From NCBI GenBank assembly GCA_963778115.1, contig CAVZSV010000005.1, forward strand, positions 1-64,000: a DNA stretch of 64,000 nt. Direction: 5' to 3'. Below the pieces are notes generated by a model. The model had not been told where the DNA came from, did no database searches, and saw only the letters and a program-made list of their open reading frames with translations. This DNA comes from an uncultured delta proteobacterium. GTDB taxonomy: Bacteria > Bdellovibrionota > FAC87 > UBA2466. Position numbers and translations under genes: made by a program. The number at the start of each line of letters is the position of its first letter. Positions within the stretch are counted from its first letter, which is position 1. Below, piece by piece: positions 1 to 10,387 of the stretch.

Positions 1-72
1 GACCGCCTGACCCATCACTGCGACATCGTCGAAACCGAGAACGAAAGCTGGCGCTTCAAGAACCGCGCCTGA
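1..72 (+). mobile_element. istB: IS21-family IstB ATPase, C-terminal end (window edge)
   Basis: Frame 1 reads DRLTHHCDIVETENESWRFKNRA*, the typical IstB C-terminus. Confidence 0.8.
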
Positions 73-172
73 TCCTCCGTCCCAGACCCGCGCCTCGCAC
101 CGGTGGGGCCCCAGCCCCATAGGTCTAAAATAGCACTTGACCCGGCGCGGGTCGGCTTGATTCTAAGGGCAG

Positions 173-668
173 ATGCACAACGTGGCATCTGTACTGACGG
201 ACCAGTTCTCCGACCTGTTGAAGCGGCTTCCGGCTGGCCTTGATCTTGATCAACTCGCTCTGGAGACCAAGGCGATCCAGCGCAAGCGTGAGGTTGTCGA
301 CGGCGCGCGGCTGTTGCGGATCGCCCTTGCGCGCGGCCCTGGTGGGCTTTCGTTGCGCCAAACCTCCGCCTGGGCATCGATGCAGGGGATCGCCGAACTC
401 AGCAACCCCGGCGTCAAATACCGACTGGATCAGGCGACGGCGTTTCTTGAGGCCGTAGTCGAACACTTGCTCGCGGCAAAAGTCCCCGGCGCCGATCTGC
501 GCTGGCCTGGCCGCACCTTGAGCCTCGCTGACGGCACCTGCGTCAGTAAACCGGGCAGCACCGGCACCGACTGGCGAGTCCACGGCGTGCTCGATCTCGG
601 GCGCGGCGGGTTCGCGCATCTCGAACTAACCGACGCGCATGGCGCCGAGGCCCTTGATCGAAGCGCCC
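173..668 (+). pseudogene. IS4-family transposase, N-terminal part, truncated
   Basis: Motifs LSLRQTSAWA and LADGTCVSKPGSTGTDWRVH; similarity stops near 665 where an unrelated gene fragment begins. Confidence 0.7.
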
Positions 669-725
669 GCGGTTCCGGGCATCCGCTTCGGGTTGGCCTT
701 CTGCGAGGCTTCCGGTAAGCGGCTA
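669..725 (+). pseudogene. Adenosine-specific kinase (DUF355-like), internal fragment ending at the IS630 insertion site
   Basis: Reads AVPGIRFGLAFCEASGKRL and stops at CTAG (723-726), the IS630 end. Confidence 0.65.
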
Positions 726-1280
726 GTGGATAGAATCTAACACTTGGTGCCCTCGTTTTACGGCGGCCAAAATTTTGCTGGGCTTTTTTGTCCATTGGAA
801 CGGCCGTGGGTCTTGATTGTTTTCGTTGAGGAACCGTCCGATCGCGTCTTTGAGTTCCTCGACCGATCGGAACACGCCACGGGCAAGGCGCCGCTTCGTC
901 AGCTTGGCAAAAAAGCCTTCGACAGCGTTGAGCCAGGAGGCGGATGTCGGCGTGAAGTGGAAAGTCCACCACGGATGCGCCTCCAACCATTCGCGCACCT
1001 TCAGATGTTTATGGGTGGCGTAGTTGTCGACGATTGCATGGACATGCTTGCCGGCTGGTATAGTTGCCTCTACGGCGTTGAGAAAGCGGATATATTCTTG
1101 GTGCCGGTGTTTTTTCATGCAGCAGCCGACAACTTTTCCGTCCAGCACGTTGAGGGCAGCAAACAGCGTGGTCGTGCCATGCCGCTTATAGTCGTGCGTC
1201 ATCGTGCCGCAGCGGCCCTTTTTCAGCGGCAAGCCAGGCTGTGTGCGGTCGAGTGCCTGGATCTGGCTTTTCTCGTCCGC
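723..1280 (-). mobile_element. IS630-family transposase, C-terminal (DDE) half only
   Basis: [51 protein letters not shown]; stop lies in the terminal CTAG; N-terminal half missing. Confidence 0.9.
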
Positions 1281-1464
1281 GGTGCCGGAGATCTGCCACA
1301 TCTATTGCGCGACGGCCAACCCGACACAGGTGATCGTCGCGCAAACGGAGCAGGGCCGCGGCGTGCTCGGTGTGGTGGATGGCGCCTCGCCGCTGGGTGT
1401 CGAAACCGACGCCGACATTGCGTGGCGCAAAGACCTGCTGCGAAAGATCGGCTATGAGCTGTAG
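1279..1464 (+). pseudogene. Adenosine-specific kinase (DUF355-like), C-terminal fragment
   Basis: [35 protein letters not shown]...[13 protein letters not shown]. Confidence 0.75.
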
Positions 1465-1536
1465 TGGCTGGATGAAGCCAAGTCGGTCATCCGGCAGCGC
1501 AGGTTCCCTTTCTTCCCGCGTTTACCGACCAAGGAG

Positions 1537-1917
1537 ATGCTGATGGCTGACAACATCGAGGTTCTGAAGCGCATCTATGACCGCTTCAATGCGCGGGACA
1601 TCGACGGCGTTCTTGCTGTGCTGGCCGACGACGTAGCTTGGGCCAACGGCATGGATGGTGGCCATGTTCATGGGCTTGAGGCCGTAAGAGAGTATTGGAC
1701 CCGCCAGTGGACTATTGTCAGCCCGCATGTCGAGCCGGTGAGTTTTGCCGAGGCGGCAGATAGCTCGGTCGTCGTGGAGGTCCAGCAGTCCGTCCGCGAT
1801 CTCGAAGGCAAGCCTTTGCAAGATGAAGCGCACGGGCTGAAGGACAAGACCGTGATGCACGTCTTTTTCCTTCAGGATGGCAAGGTTACTCGCTTCGACA
1901 TTCAGGACGCTTCCTGA
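1537..1917 (+). CDS. NTF2/SnoaL-like protein
   Basis: 126 aa, YDRFNARDIDGVLAVLADDVAW...HGLEAVREYW; AGGAG RBS upstream. Confidence 0.85.
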   Translation: MLMADNIEVLKRIYDRFNARDIDGVLAVLADDVAWANGMDGGHVHGLEAVREYWTRQWTIVSPHVEPVSFAEAADSSVVVEVQQSVRDLEGKPLQDEAHGLKDKTVMHVFFLQDGKVTRFDIQDAS

Positions 1918-2137
1918 GCGCATGTCCGAAATTCAAGACTTTCGGATTTCCCGGAAGATATGACCGTAATGGAGACGTAGCGACTTGCACCGCGCTACCG
2001 TGCCGGGCGGCGCCGCTTTCCGTAATGCCCCTTACCGGGACGGTTAGATAAAGAGACCGAAGAATCGGCCTTGCCAGGATAGCCGGACACCGACGCCAAG
2101 TGTGCAACCTGGCCGAGGCCCGGTATGGTCTCAGGCA

Positions 2138-3365
2138 TGGATGCCTTGCTCACGAACATGATCGGCCTGCTGCTGGTGGCGATTTTTGTCGCCATCGCCG
2201 CGCATCGGCTGCGACTTCCCTACACGGTCGGCCTGGTCGTGACTGGCATCGCCCTCGCATTCAGCCCATTCCATGCCCATGTGGCATTGACGCATGACGT
2301 CATATTCGACGTAATCCTGCACCTCTTTGCTCTTCGAGGCGGCGATCAATATCCACTGGCGCGACCTGCGGCAGGATGCACTCCCCATTTTGAGCCTGGC
2401 TGTGCTGGGCACCCTGATAGCGGCCGTCTTCGTTGCCGCCAGCATGGTTTACGGGCTCGGATGGCCGCTCCGTTGCCCCGCGCTGCTGTTCGGCGTGCTG
2501 ATCGCGGCGACAGATCCCGTCGCGGTCATCGCCATGTTCAAGGATAATGGGATCAAGGGCCGCCTGCGTCTGCTCATCGAGCGCGAAAGCCTTGCCAATG
2601 ACGGTGTTGCCGCCGTGCTTTTCAGCCTGGTGCTGGCGTGGTCGCAGACCGCCGGCAACCAGACGGCGACACCAGGAGATATTGCCCAAACGCTTCTCGT
2701 GACAGTGGGCGGCGGCGTTCTGTCAGGGGCGGTCTTTGCCGCCGCTGCCATCGTGATCGCCGGCCGGACGGCCGACCATCTCGTCGAGAGTTCGCTCACC
2801 TTGGTTGTGGCCTATGGTTCATTCCTCATGGCGGAGCGATTTCACTGCTCCCCCGTCCTAGCGACTGTTCCCGCCAGGACACTACTGTGATGGGCAACCT
2901 TGGAATTCTCGCGGATGGCGAGCATGGCCAGATTTCCCCGCGTGGCCGCGAATTCACACTGGAGCTTTGGGATTTTTTTGCCTTCATTGCCAATTCCCTC
3001 GGTGTTCTTGCTCATCGGACTGACCGTCAGCGGTTCCCCCCGTCAGGGAGCTGGGAGGCAGATCGCTCCTTATCGTTATTTGTCTCGTACTCGTCGGCCG
3101 GGCGTTAACGGTCTACCCCCCTCAGCTTGGCCTTCATAACGTCACGATGGCGCATCCCGTTCAATTTGCAGCACGTGCTTTGGTGGGGAGGGCTGCGCGG
3201 CGCGCTCGGCCTCGCCCTCGCGCTGTGCGCTCGATCCGTCACTGCAAATGCGCAACCAGAATTCTGGTGGCGACGTTCGGCGTCGTCGTCTTCTCCGTCG
3301 TCGTGCAGGGACTCACAATGCCGCTCATGCTCCGCGCCACCGCGGCTTCAACACGGAAGGCATGA
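2138..3365 (+). CDS. CPA1-family Na+/H+ antiporter (several frameshifts)
   Basis: Successive frames give LPYTVGLVV, LFEAA, ATDPVAV, ESLANDGVA, WWGGLRGALGLALAL, VVFSVVVQGLTM. Confidence 0.8.
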
Positions 3366-3793
3366 GGCGCAAGGCCGCTCGGTGGCACACATCAGCCAGA
3401 CCATCGCTAGGGTGGACACGCGGCCCGGCACGCACATCATTATCCGTATGCACGAGCAGAGTAGCGCCGCTTCCTTTGTCGGTGACCTGAGCAAGCCTGG
3501 TCATTCCTAATTCGGCCCGACCCGGCCTTTAGCCAAATGTCTGCGATATTCAAAGCCCTGATATAAAAGCGGATCGTCTGTTTTTGGCCATCAGCACATT
3601 TGGAGTTGTGGTCATTCGCGTTTGGGCATACTAATAATTACTCACTATCTGTCTCGGTAAAATCATACGAGAACTCCAACCCATTGCCGCAATCCGGGCC
3701 AGCCAGCGTCCAAAATCTCGGACACGTCCAAACTCATTCATCGCCCGCATATCGCAATCCACGAACAGATAATTTTCACCTGAAGGCCAGGGA

Positions 3794-4578
3794 ATGAACT
3801 TTATATCGAACCGTCCTGTACTGAACCATCCGGGCCTTGTTCTGGCGCTCACTTTTTTGGTCTTATCTCCGCAACCCTGATTGGTGCTTTCATTAGCAAG
3901 AGGCGACCGGCCCTCAAGGAAGGCGAGTACGAGAGTTTCAATCTTATTATGACCGCCACGCTGACACTGCTCGCCCTCCTCATTGGTTTCAGCTTTTCGA
4001 TGGCCATCAACCGCTACGATCAACGGAAAATCTATGAAGAGGACGAGGCGAACGCCAGGGAACTCGGAACAGAATACCTTCGAACGGATCTGCTACCTCC
4101 GGTTGCCGCGACAAATGTTCGTACGCTGCTCATCACCTATCTCGATCAGCGTATTTTGTTCTACGAAACGCGTGATGCCGTCAGCTGAAGAAGATAGACG
4201 CTGAAACGGCGCGACTGCAAAGCGATCTGTGGGCCGCGGTTCAGGTTCAGGCTGTGAAGACCCCAACTCCGTGTGATAGCTCCTGCCATTTCGGGCATGA
4301 ACGACGTCCTGAACGCGCAGGGATACACCCAATCAGCTTGGTGGAACCGAATTCCAAGGGGGGCGTGGGTGCTGATGGCCGTCATCGCTATTTTGTCCAA
4401 CCTAATGGTCGGGTACGGGATGCATCAGAAAGGGACCAAAAGCACTCTGCTCCTCATTTTACCGCTTATTTTCTCTATCTCGCTTTTTCTTGTATCCGAT
4501 ATTGACAGTCCCCGTGGCGGCATCATTCGTGTACATCCGCAAAATCTCGCCAGCCTTGCGCAGTCATTGCACCCATAG
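3794..4578 (+). CDS. DUF4239-like membrane protein (frameshifted)
   Basis: LTLLALLIGFSFSMAINRYDQRK...EANA and DIDSPRGGIIRV lie in successive frames. Confidence 0.65.
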
Positions 4579-4696
4579 CGGACTCCCATCTTCCATAATT
4601 CCAAAAATTTTGCACAGCCGAAACCTACCTAGTCGGACGCAGCTGCCCGGAGAAGCAGACGCCGGGAGCAGACGTTCATCAAGGTCTGTGCCGGCT

Positions 4697-6175
4697 TCAG
4701 GTATCTGCCTGAATCAGAGGGCCATGCTGGTCAACGAGCGCCGCGCTCGCTTGGTTCAGTCCGATCAGTTCAACGCGTGTCCCGTGTCGGCGCATCTTAG
4801 TAACCACACTTTCCAGGGCGCCTACTGAGGTCACATCCCAGATATGGGCGTCGCGGAGATCGATGAGCACACTGGCCGCGGTGTCGCGAAGGTCGAAGCT
4901 TTCAGCGAACATGTCGGCGCTCGCGAAAAACACCTGACCACTCACGATATAAGTCCGCGTGTCGGCAGTCTCATCGTAGATGCTCGTCACCGTCATCAAG
5001 CGCATGACCTTGTAGGCGAAGAAGACGCCGCTCAGAAGCACTCCAACCACGACACCGGCCGCGAGATCGCTGGTCGCCACCGTGACCACAACGGTCGCCA
5101 GCATCACCAGGCTGGAAACCTTGGGATGGTGGGCAAGGTTACGGAACGAGGTCCACGAGAAGGTGCTGATCGAGACCATGATCATGATCGCCACGAGTGC
5201 CGCGACCGGAACGCGGGCCACCCAGGGCCGGAGCAGCACCATGAGTATGAGCAGGAACAGCCCGGCAACCAGCGTCGAAAGCCTGCCGCGACCGCCGTAC
5301 CGGACATTGCCGACTGTCTGGCCGATCATCCCGCAGCCAGCGATGCCGCCGAACAGCCCCGCGGCGACGTTGGCGAGACCTAGACCCGTGCATTCCCGCG
5401 CCTTCAAGCTCGTCGTGTCGGTGAGGTCATCCACCACAGTTGCCGTCATCATCGATTCCAGCAGGCCCACGACCGCCATTGCCAGGGCGTAAGGGGCAAC
5501 GATGCGCAGCGTCTCCCAGCTCAGGGGCACATGCGGCAGGGCCAAGCTGGGTAGCGACGACGGAAGCTTTCCAAGGTCAGCCACCGTATGCAGAGGCATG
5601 GGCACGAGAAAGCTGATGCCTGTGAGGATGACGATGCAGACGAGGGGCGAGGGAATGGAAGTGGTCAGGCGGGGCAGAAGATAGATGATGGCGAGACCGA
5701 GCGCGATCATCGCGTAGGTGTGCCAGGTTACCCCGAGCATCTGCGGCACCTGGGCCGAGAAAATGAGGATGGCCAGGGCATTGACGAAGCCCGTCCTGAC
5801 CGAGCGGGAGACGAACCGCATCAGCACGTCGAGCCGCAGGAGGCCGAAGATGATTTGGAAGCTGCCGGCCAGGATTGTGGCGGCGAGGAGGTAGTCCAGG
5901 CCGTGCGCCCGGACGAGCGCGGCGGCAACAAGCGCGACGGAGCCCGCAGCGCCGGAAATCATAGCGGGACGGCCACCTGTGAAGGAGATGACGATGCCGA
6001 TGACAAAGGATGCGAAGAGACCGACCTCCGGATCGACGCCTGCCACGAAGGAGAAGGCGATGACCTCCGGGATGAGGGCAAAGGTGCCAACCATCCCGGC
6101 GAGGACCTCGCGTCTAAGGTCGCCGAAACTGGTGAACCACTCGGAACGGTAGCGAGACAAGGATTGTGTGTTCAT
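4697..6175 (-). CDS. SulP-family inorganic anion transporter with C-terminal STAS domain
   Basis: LIPEVIAFS, GGRPAMISGAAG, GLLESMMTA, GCGMIGQ, GQVFFASA; likely start MNTQS at 6175. Confidence 0.92.
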   Translation of the reverse strand: MNTQSLSRYRSEWFTSFGDLRREVLAGMVGTFALIPEVIAFSFVAGVDPEVGLFASFVIGIVISFTGGRPAMISGAAGSVALVAAALVRAHGLDYLLAATILAGSFQIIFGLLRLDVLMRFVSRSVRTGFVNALAILIFSAQVPQMLGVTWHTYAMIALGLAIIYLLPRLTTSIPSPLVCIVILTGISFLVPMPLHTVADLGKLPSSLPSLALPHVPLSWETLRIVAPYALAMAVVGLLESMMTATVVDDLTDTTSLKARECTGLGLANVAAGLFGGIAGCGMIGQTVGNVRYGGRGRLSTLVAGLFLLILMVLLRPWVARVPVAALVAIMIMVSISTFSWTSFRNLAHHPKVSSLVMLATVVVTVATSDLAAGVVVGVLLSGVFFAYKVMRLMTVTSIYDETADTRTYIVSGQVFFASADMFAESFDLRDTAASVLIDLRDAHIWDVTSVGALESVVTKMRRHGTRVELIGLNQASAALVDQHGPLIQADT

Positions 6176-6242
6176 TATGGATATCCGCAATAGGCGCACG
6201 AGGTCAGCATCGGCTTCAGCGATGCTCGGTATTCGTGTCGTA

Positions 6243-6300
6243 TGCGTTGTCCGGCGGATCAGCGGCCGGAAGAGCCACCCGGATTTACACCGGGTCCAGA
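6243..6300 (-). ncRNA. Structured leader upstream of the SulP gene, probable sul1 RNA motif
   Basis: Minus strand GACCCGG-TGTAAAT-CCGGGT hairpin followed by further GC stems; the sul1 motif is described upstream of sulfate transporters in Alphaproteobacteria (recalled, not searched). Confidence 0.5.
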
Positions 6301-6508
6301 GCGAATGAATGAACGGTATCCTACGGTTTGCGGCGGCGCAACACACCTGACGCTCAGCCAATCAATGTCCTGGGGCAGGTTAGCTCGCGGACGATAACCT
6401 CTGGATTAGTGGGCTCCAATGGCGCCCTTTCGCTGTAGGTCACATACACCTACCGGCGGTGTCCGCTTTTGATGAATTCCGTCCCGAAACCGGATGAGCA
6501 ACTTTCCA

Positions 6509-6571
6509 CCGAAAACCACCCTAATTGGTGCAAAATTTACAAATTTTTGCACCAATTAGGGTGGTTTTCGG
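6509..6571. repeat. Perfect 27-bp inverted repeat with 9-nt spacer
   Basis: CCGAAAACCACCCTAATTGGTGCAAAA (6509-6535) pairs with TTTTGCACCAATTAGGGTGGTTTTCGG (6545-6571). Confidence 0.95.
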
Positions 6572-6663
6572 CCAATTCGCTTTACTACCGGTAACCGATA
6601 AGACCCTTCGAGAACTGGCGTCTGCGCTCCATTGATTTTGGCTGTTGGCAGTCGGCGAGGTGA

Positions 6664-6868
6664 TCAGACAGCTTTGAGATTAATTGCGAGAGCCTTGCCA
6701 CGCTCCGCCCCGAGTCTCGAACGTGACCTTTTGGCCCTCGTTCAGACCGCGCAAACCCGCCGATTGCACGGCGGAGATATGCACGAACACGTCGTTGCCA
6801 CCATCCTGGGGAGCAATAAAACCAAAACCTTTGTGGGCATTAAACCACTTGACCATACCGGTAGCCAT
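6664..6868 (-). CDS. cspA: Cold-shock protein (frameshift near 3' end)
   Basis: [18 protein letters not shown]...DVFVHISAV; the shifted frame continues [13 protein letters not shown]. Confidence 0.9.
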
Positions 6869-7216
6869 CACGCGACGTCACTCCTTCATTTTTATACACC
6901 GCGCGGCTGCCGCGCGGATTATGGGCAGCCGGATTCTGGAAAGACTTGGTGCGTCCGGTTGCCACGTGCGCGTTCCCAAGTTAGCCCAAAGTCGATTGCC
7001 ATTAAATCTCGCGCAGAAACATTTTGAAATGTCAACGAATTCTTGACTTTCGGCGTGTGCGGCCTTGGGGAGGCGTGCTGACTTTTATCGCGGCCCCTCG
7101 CGCCGGGCGAAGACTCTGGTCTGAATAATAGAGTGTTGTTGTATAGCTGCCTCCGGCAGCGGGCTCCAGGCCTGAACCTGTGACAACCTGGTTTGCTCGG
7201 ATGATTGGAAGGAAAA

Positions 7217-7760
7217 CTAAGACTTTTTCACCAGGGCAGCGGGGCGGCCCGCTTCCAACGTTGAACGTGCAGCGTTTCGCCCTGCCCGGTAACGACGTCG
7301 GAACGCAATTGTCCAGCCGACGAAATAGCCCACGGAGGCGCCCGAGACCACGTGTTTAGCCAAGGTGAGGCTCACATGCGCCTCCGGCTGACGGAAGACG
7401 GCAACGGCAATTCCATACTGCGCGCCGAAAACGAGTAGATTGCGTACCAACGGCACCGGGCTTCCCGCTCGTGTTACGCTCGTGCGATCAACTGCCAGAA
7501 GGCGCGGCCCGGTCACGAGCTCCTAGCGGAACGAATGCCACTAGCCCAACAAGCCAAGCTGCCAAGGGCACAATGTCGCCCGATGGCCGCAGGACGAGGA
7601 GGAGCAGGCCAGCGGCCCCGAACAGGCCTGGAACAATCAACATCCGCCATACTGCGAGCCGACGCGTCCGCAGCGACAGGACGCCCTGCCAGAAGAGGTA
7701 GGCGAGCAGGACGAAGACGTATGGTGGCGTATGAGCCAGCATCTGGACAACAAAAGCCAT
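7217..7760 (-). CDS. Conserved membrane protein (DUF6622-like), frameshifted near 7510
   Basis: Two overlapping hydrophobic ORFs: QMLAHTPPYVFVLL and AGSPVPLVRNLLVF. Confidence 0.55.
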
Positions 7761-7848
7761 TGTTACCCCCCACGGCGCTATCAGCTTAAGATAGAACATT
7801 CGACGAGAGCTCCGCCATGGTGCTCAGAAAAAGCGCTTATTTCGAAAG

Positions 7849-8898
7849 TTAAGAAATATGCAACAGCCAAATCAGAATCAGGCTGATGCCACCAAGCACG
7901 AGCAACGAGGCGGTCACGGCGGAGGAAACGCGCAAGCCCGCGCGCGCCACGGTGCGGACATCGACGCCAAGCCCAAGTGCCGCCATCGAAATCGTTGTCA
8001 GCAGGGCGGCGACATGGTTGATCGGATGCAGCAGCATCACCGGGATCAGCCCGGCCGAGCGGGCGGCCAGCAGCAGTAAGAAGCCAACGATGAACCAGGG
8101 CACCAAATGGTGGATTTTCGGCATGCCGGGCTTCGGCCGATCGCCGGCGGTAAGATGCGCCACCTCGTCCGCCTCTTCACGCAGCTTCGGCGCCAGCATC
8201 GCCAGGGTGAACACCACCGGGCCCAGCATCAGCACGCGCACCAGCTTCACCACCGTACCGACCTGGTTGGCGAGCGCGCCGATCGGCAGAGTCGCCGCTA
8301 GCACCTGCGGCACGGCATAGACGGTTAGCCCCGCCAGCACGCCATATTGCGTGACGGACAGCAGCAACGCCGGCGCCAGCAGTGGCAGCAGCAGCACGAC
8401 GATAACGCCGAGCACTGCGGTGAAGGCAATCGAAGCGGCGACGTCATCCGCAGCCGCGCCGATCACCGGCGCCACGGCGGCAATTGCGGAATTGCCGCAG
8501 ATGGAATTGCCGCAGGCCACCAGCAGCGCCATGCGCGGGGACAGACGCAAGAAACGGCAGATCATGTAGCTGGCGACGATCGACAGCGCGACGACGGCGA
8601 CGATACCGAGCAGCAGTTTTGGGCCCAGCGCCATCACCGTGCGGGCGCTGACCGCAGTCCCCAGCAGCATCACCGCGACCTCGAGCAGAAATTTGGCGGC
8701 TAGCGTGATGCCGGGCTTGTACGCCGTCCCCGGCGCCCACGCCGTCCGTACGGCGAGGCCCAGCAGGATGGCGAGCACCAACGCCTCAAGATAGGTTTGA
8801 CCGATCACCCTGACCTCGGCCCCCTGCAACGCCGTGGCGGCAAGGGTGACGACGAGGCAGAGCAGCAAGCCAGGAAAATATTTTTTTACGAATGCCAT
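7849..8898 (-). CDS. YeiH / putative sulfate exporter family membrane protein
   Basis: GNSICGNSAIAAVAP, GLTVYAVPQV, VKLVRVLMLGP. Confidence 0.9.
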   Translation of the reverse strand: MAFVKKYFPGLLLCLVVTLAATALQGAEVRVIGQTYLEALVLAILLGLAVRTAWAPGTAYKPGITLAAKFLLEVAVMLLGTAVSARTVMALGPKLLLGIVAVVALSIVASYMICRFLRLSPRMALLVACGNSICGNSAIAAVAPVIGAAADDVAASIAFTAVLGVIVVLLLPLLAPALLLSVTQYGVLAGLTVYAVPQVLAATLPIGALANQVGTVVKLVRVLMLGPVVFTLAMLAPKLREEADEVAHLTAGDRPKPGMPKIHHLVPWFIVGFLLLLAARSAGLIPVMLLHPINHVAALLTTISMAALGLGVDVRTVARAGLRVSSAVTASLLVLGGISLILIWLLHIS

Positions 8899-8955
8899 GC
8901 GTGGCGGTATAGATTTTTTTGCCTAAATGACCATCCGGAAAATATTGTTATAATG

Positions 8956-8970
8956 ATCGTTTTTATCGAT
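8956..8970. promoter_or_regulatory. LysR-type T-N11-A dyad upstream of the YeiH-like gene
   Basis: ATCG-N7-CGAT about 60 bp upstream of the start, in AT-rich DNA. Confidence 0.4.
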
Positions 8971-9111
8971 GATTAAACGAACGAAACAAAGCCCTGGATA
9001 AGAGCGGGGGTTTTCTGGTGCCGCGCAGGCGACCTCGTTCAGCTAGGTGCACTTGCGAGGGACGGGATATTTTCCCGCCCCTCACCGTCAGGAAGAGCAA
9101 GCAATCTTTGG

Positions 9112-10173
9112 TTAATGCCCCAGATGCTTGTTCATGAAGGCGCCTTCTTCCGCGAAGGCTTGCCGATCCTCAGGAATGCGGTCGTCGATGGCGTACTGGA
9201 CGTGGGACATGCCCTCGAAATCCAGCAACTCGGCATGCACCCCGGACAGCAGCAGCTTCTGGTGGGTGCGGACGGTGTTGCTCTCCATCAGGTCACGCGT
9301 GCCGGTGGCCAGGATGGTCGGCGGGAAGCCATGGAAGTTGCCATTGAGCGGCGAGAGCATCGGATCGGCCAGATCATGCCCATGGGCGTAGAAGATGGCC
9401 CCGGCTTGGCAATAGCCGGTCGGCGACGGGGACACCAGGTTGTTGTCGACCAGCGCGTTGGTCTGCGCGGTATCGCCCTGATCTACCAAATCCGCCATCG
9501 GGCTGTTGACCCCGAGGGCGCCCGGCATCGGCAGATGCTCCTTCGTGGCGGTCAGCATCATCGCAAGCGTGAGCGCACCACCGGCCGACCGGCCAAACAC
9601 GCCGATATCCTTCGGATTCGTCGTCTTCAGCTCGGCCTTGTAGACCGTCATCGCATCATCGAGCGCCGCCGGGAAATAGGCCGCGGGCGGCATCCGGTAA
9701 TCGACGGAGATGACCTCGATATGGCTCATGCCCGCCATGAGCAGTGCCTCAGGCAGGGCAGCCTCACCGCCGCCCAACACGTAGCAGCCGCCATGGACAT
9801 GGATGAGCAGGCGATTGGCGTTGCTCGCCGGAATGTGGTCGGGCGTCAGGCGATAGACTTTGACGCCGTCGATCGTGGCCGGCTGGATTTTCACATGCAG
9901 GCGCTGGGCCATCGCTTCGGCCTGCGCGGCCACGGCGACGCCCGCTTTGCTTGAAAACTGCTTCCAGCCCTCAGGGGTGGTCGGCGGGGTGTTCCAGCCC
10001 GGGGTCAGCGGCTTGGCGATCACCGCCTGGAGTTGCGGGCTGACATCGCTTGGAACGGGAATGGTCTTCGCGGGCACGACGCGTGGTGCCAGGGTCGTCT
10101 GCGCCATGGCGGCGGGCGCCAGTAGCATAAAAACCGCCGCGGCGGTTGCGCGGGCTGTGTAGGGTTTATTCAT
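9112..10173 (-). CDS. Secreted alpha/beta hydrolase (HSL-like esterase)
   Basis: Signal peptide, HGGCY oxyanion motif, VDYRMPP, GRSAGG nucleophile elbow, late D and H residues. Confidence 0.9.
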   Translation of the reverse strand: MNKPYTARATAAAVFMLLAPAAMAQTTLAPRVVPAKTIPVPSDVSPQLQAVIAKPLTPGWNTPPTTPEGWKQFSSKAGVAVAAQAEAMAQRLHVKIQPATIDGVKVYRLTPDHIPASNANRLLIHVHGGCYVLGGGEAALPEALLMAGMSHIEVISVDYRMPPAAYFPAALDDAMTVYKAELKTTNPKDIGVFGRSAGGALTLAMMLTATKEHLPMPGALGVNSPMADLVDQGDTAQTNALVDNNLVSPSPTGYCQAGAIFYAHGHDLADPMLSPLNGNFHGFPPTILATGTRDLMESNTVRTHQKLLLSGVHAELLDFEGMSHVQYAIDDRIPEDRQAFAEEGAFMNKHLGH

Positions 10174-10387
10174 AGAAGTTTCTCCGTCTCTCCCCCGGAT
10201 CTTTGGGGTGGCCGCTTATCCTCTGGAAGCGGGACGAGTGACAAGCCGAAGGGGTCGTTCCAACATTATGGCCTCGTACAAAATTAAGAAATTTGCCCCA
10301 CACCGACACGGTCGGCAGCAGCGTCACGATTGCGGAAGTCCGCGCCGGACTACGGATGCAGTCTTCGATCGTAGCGGCGGGAATGCT

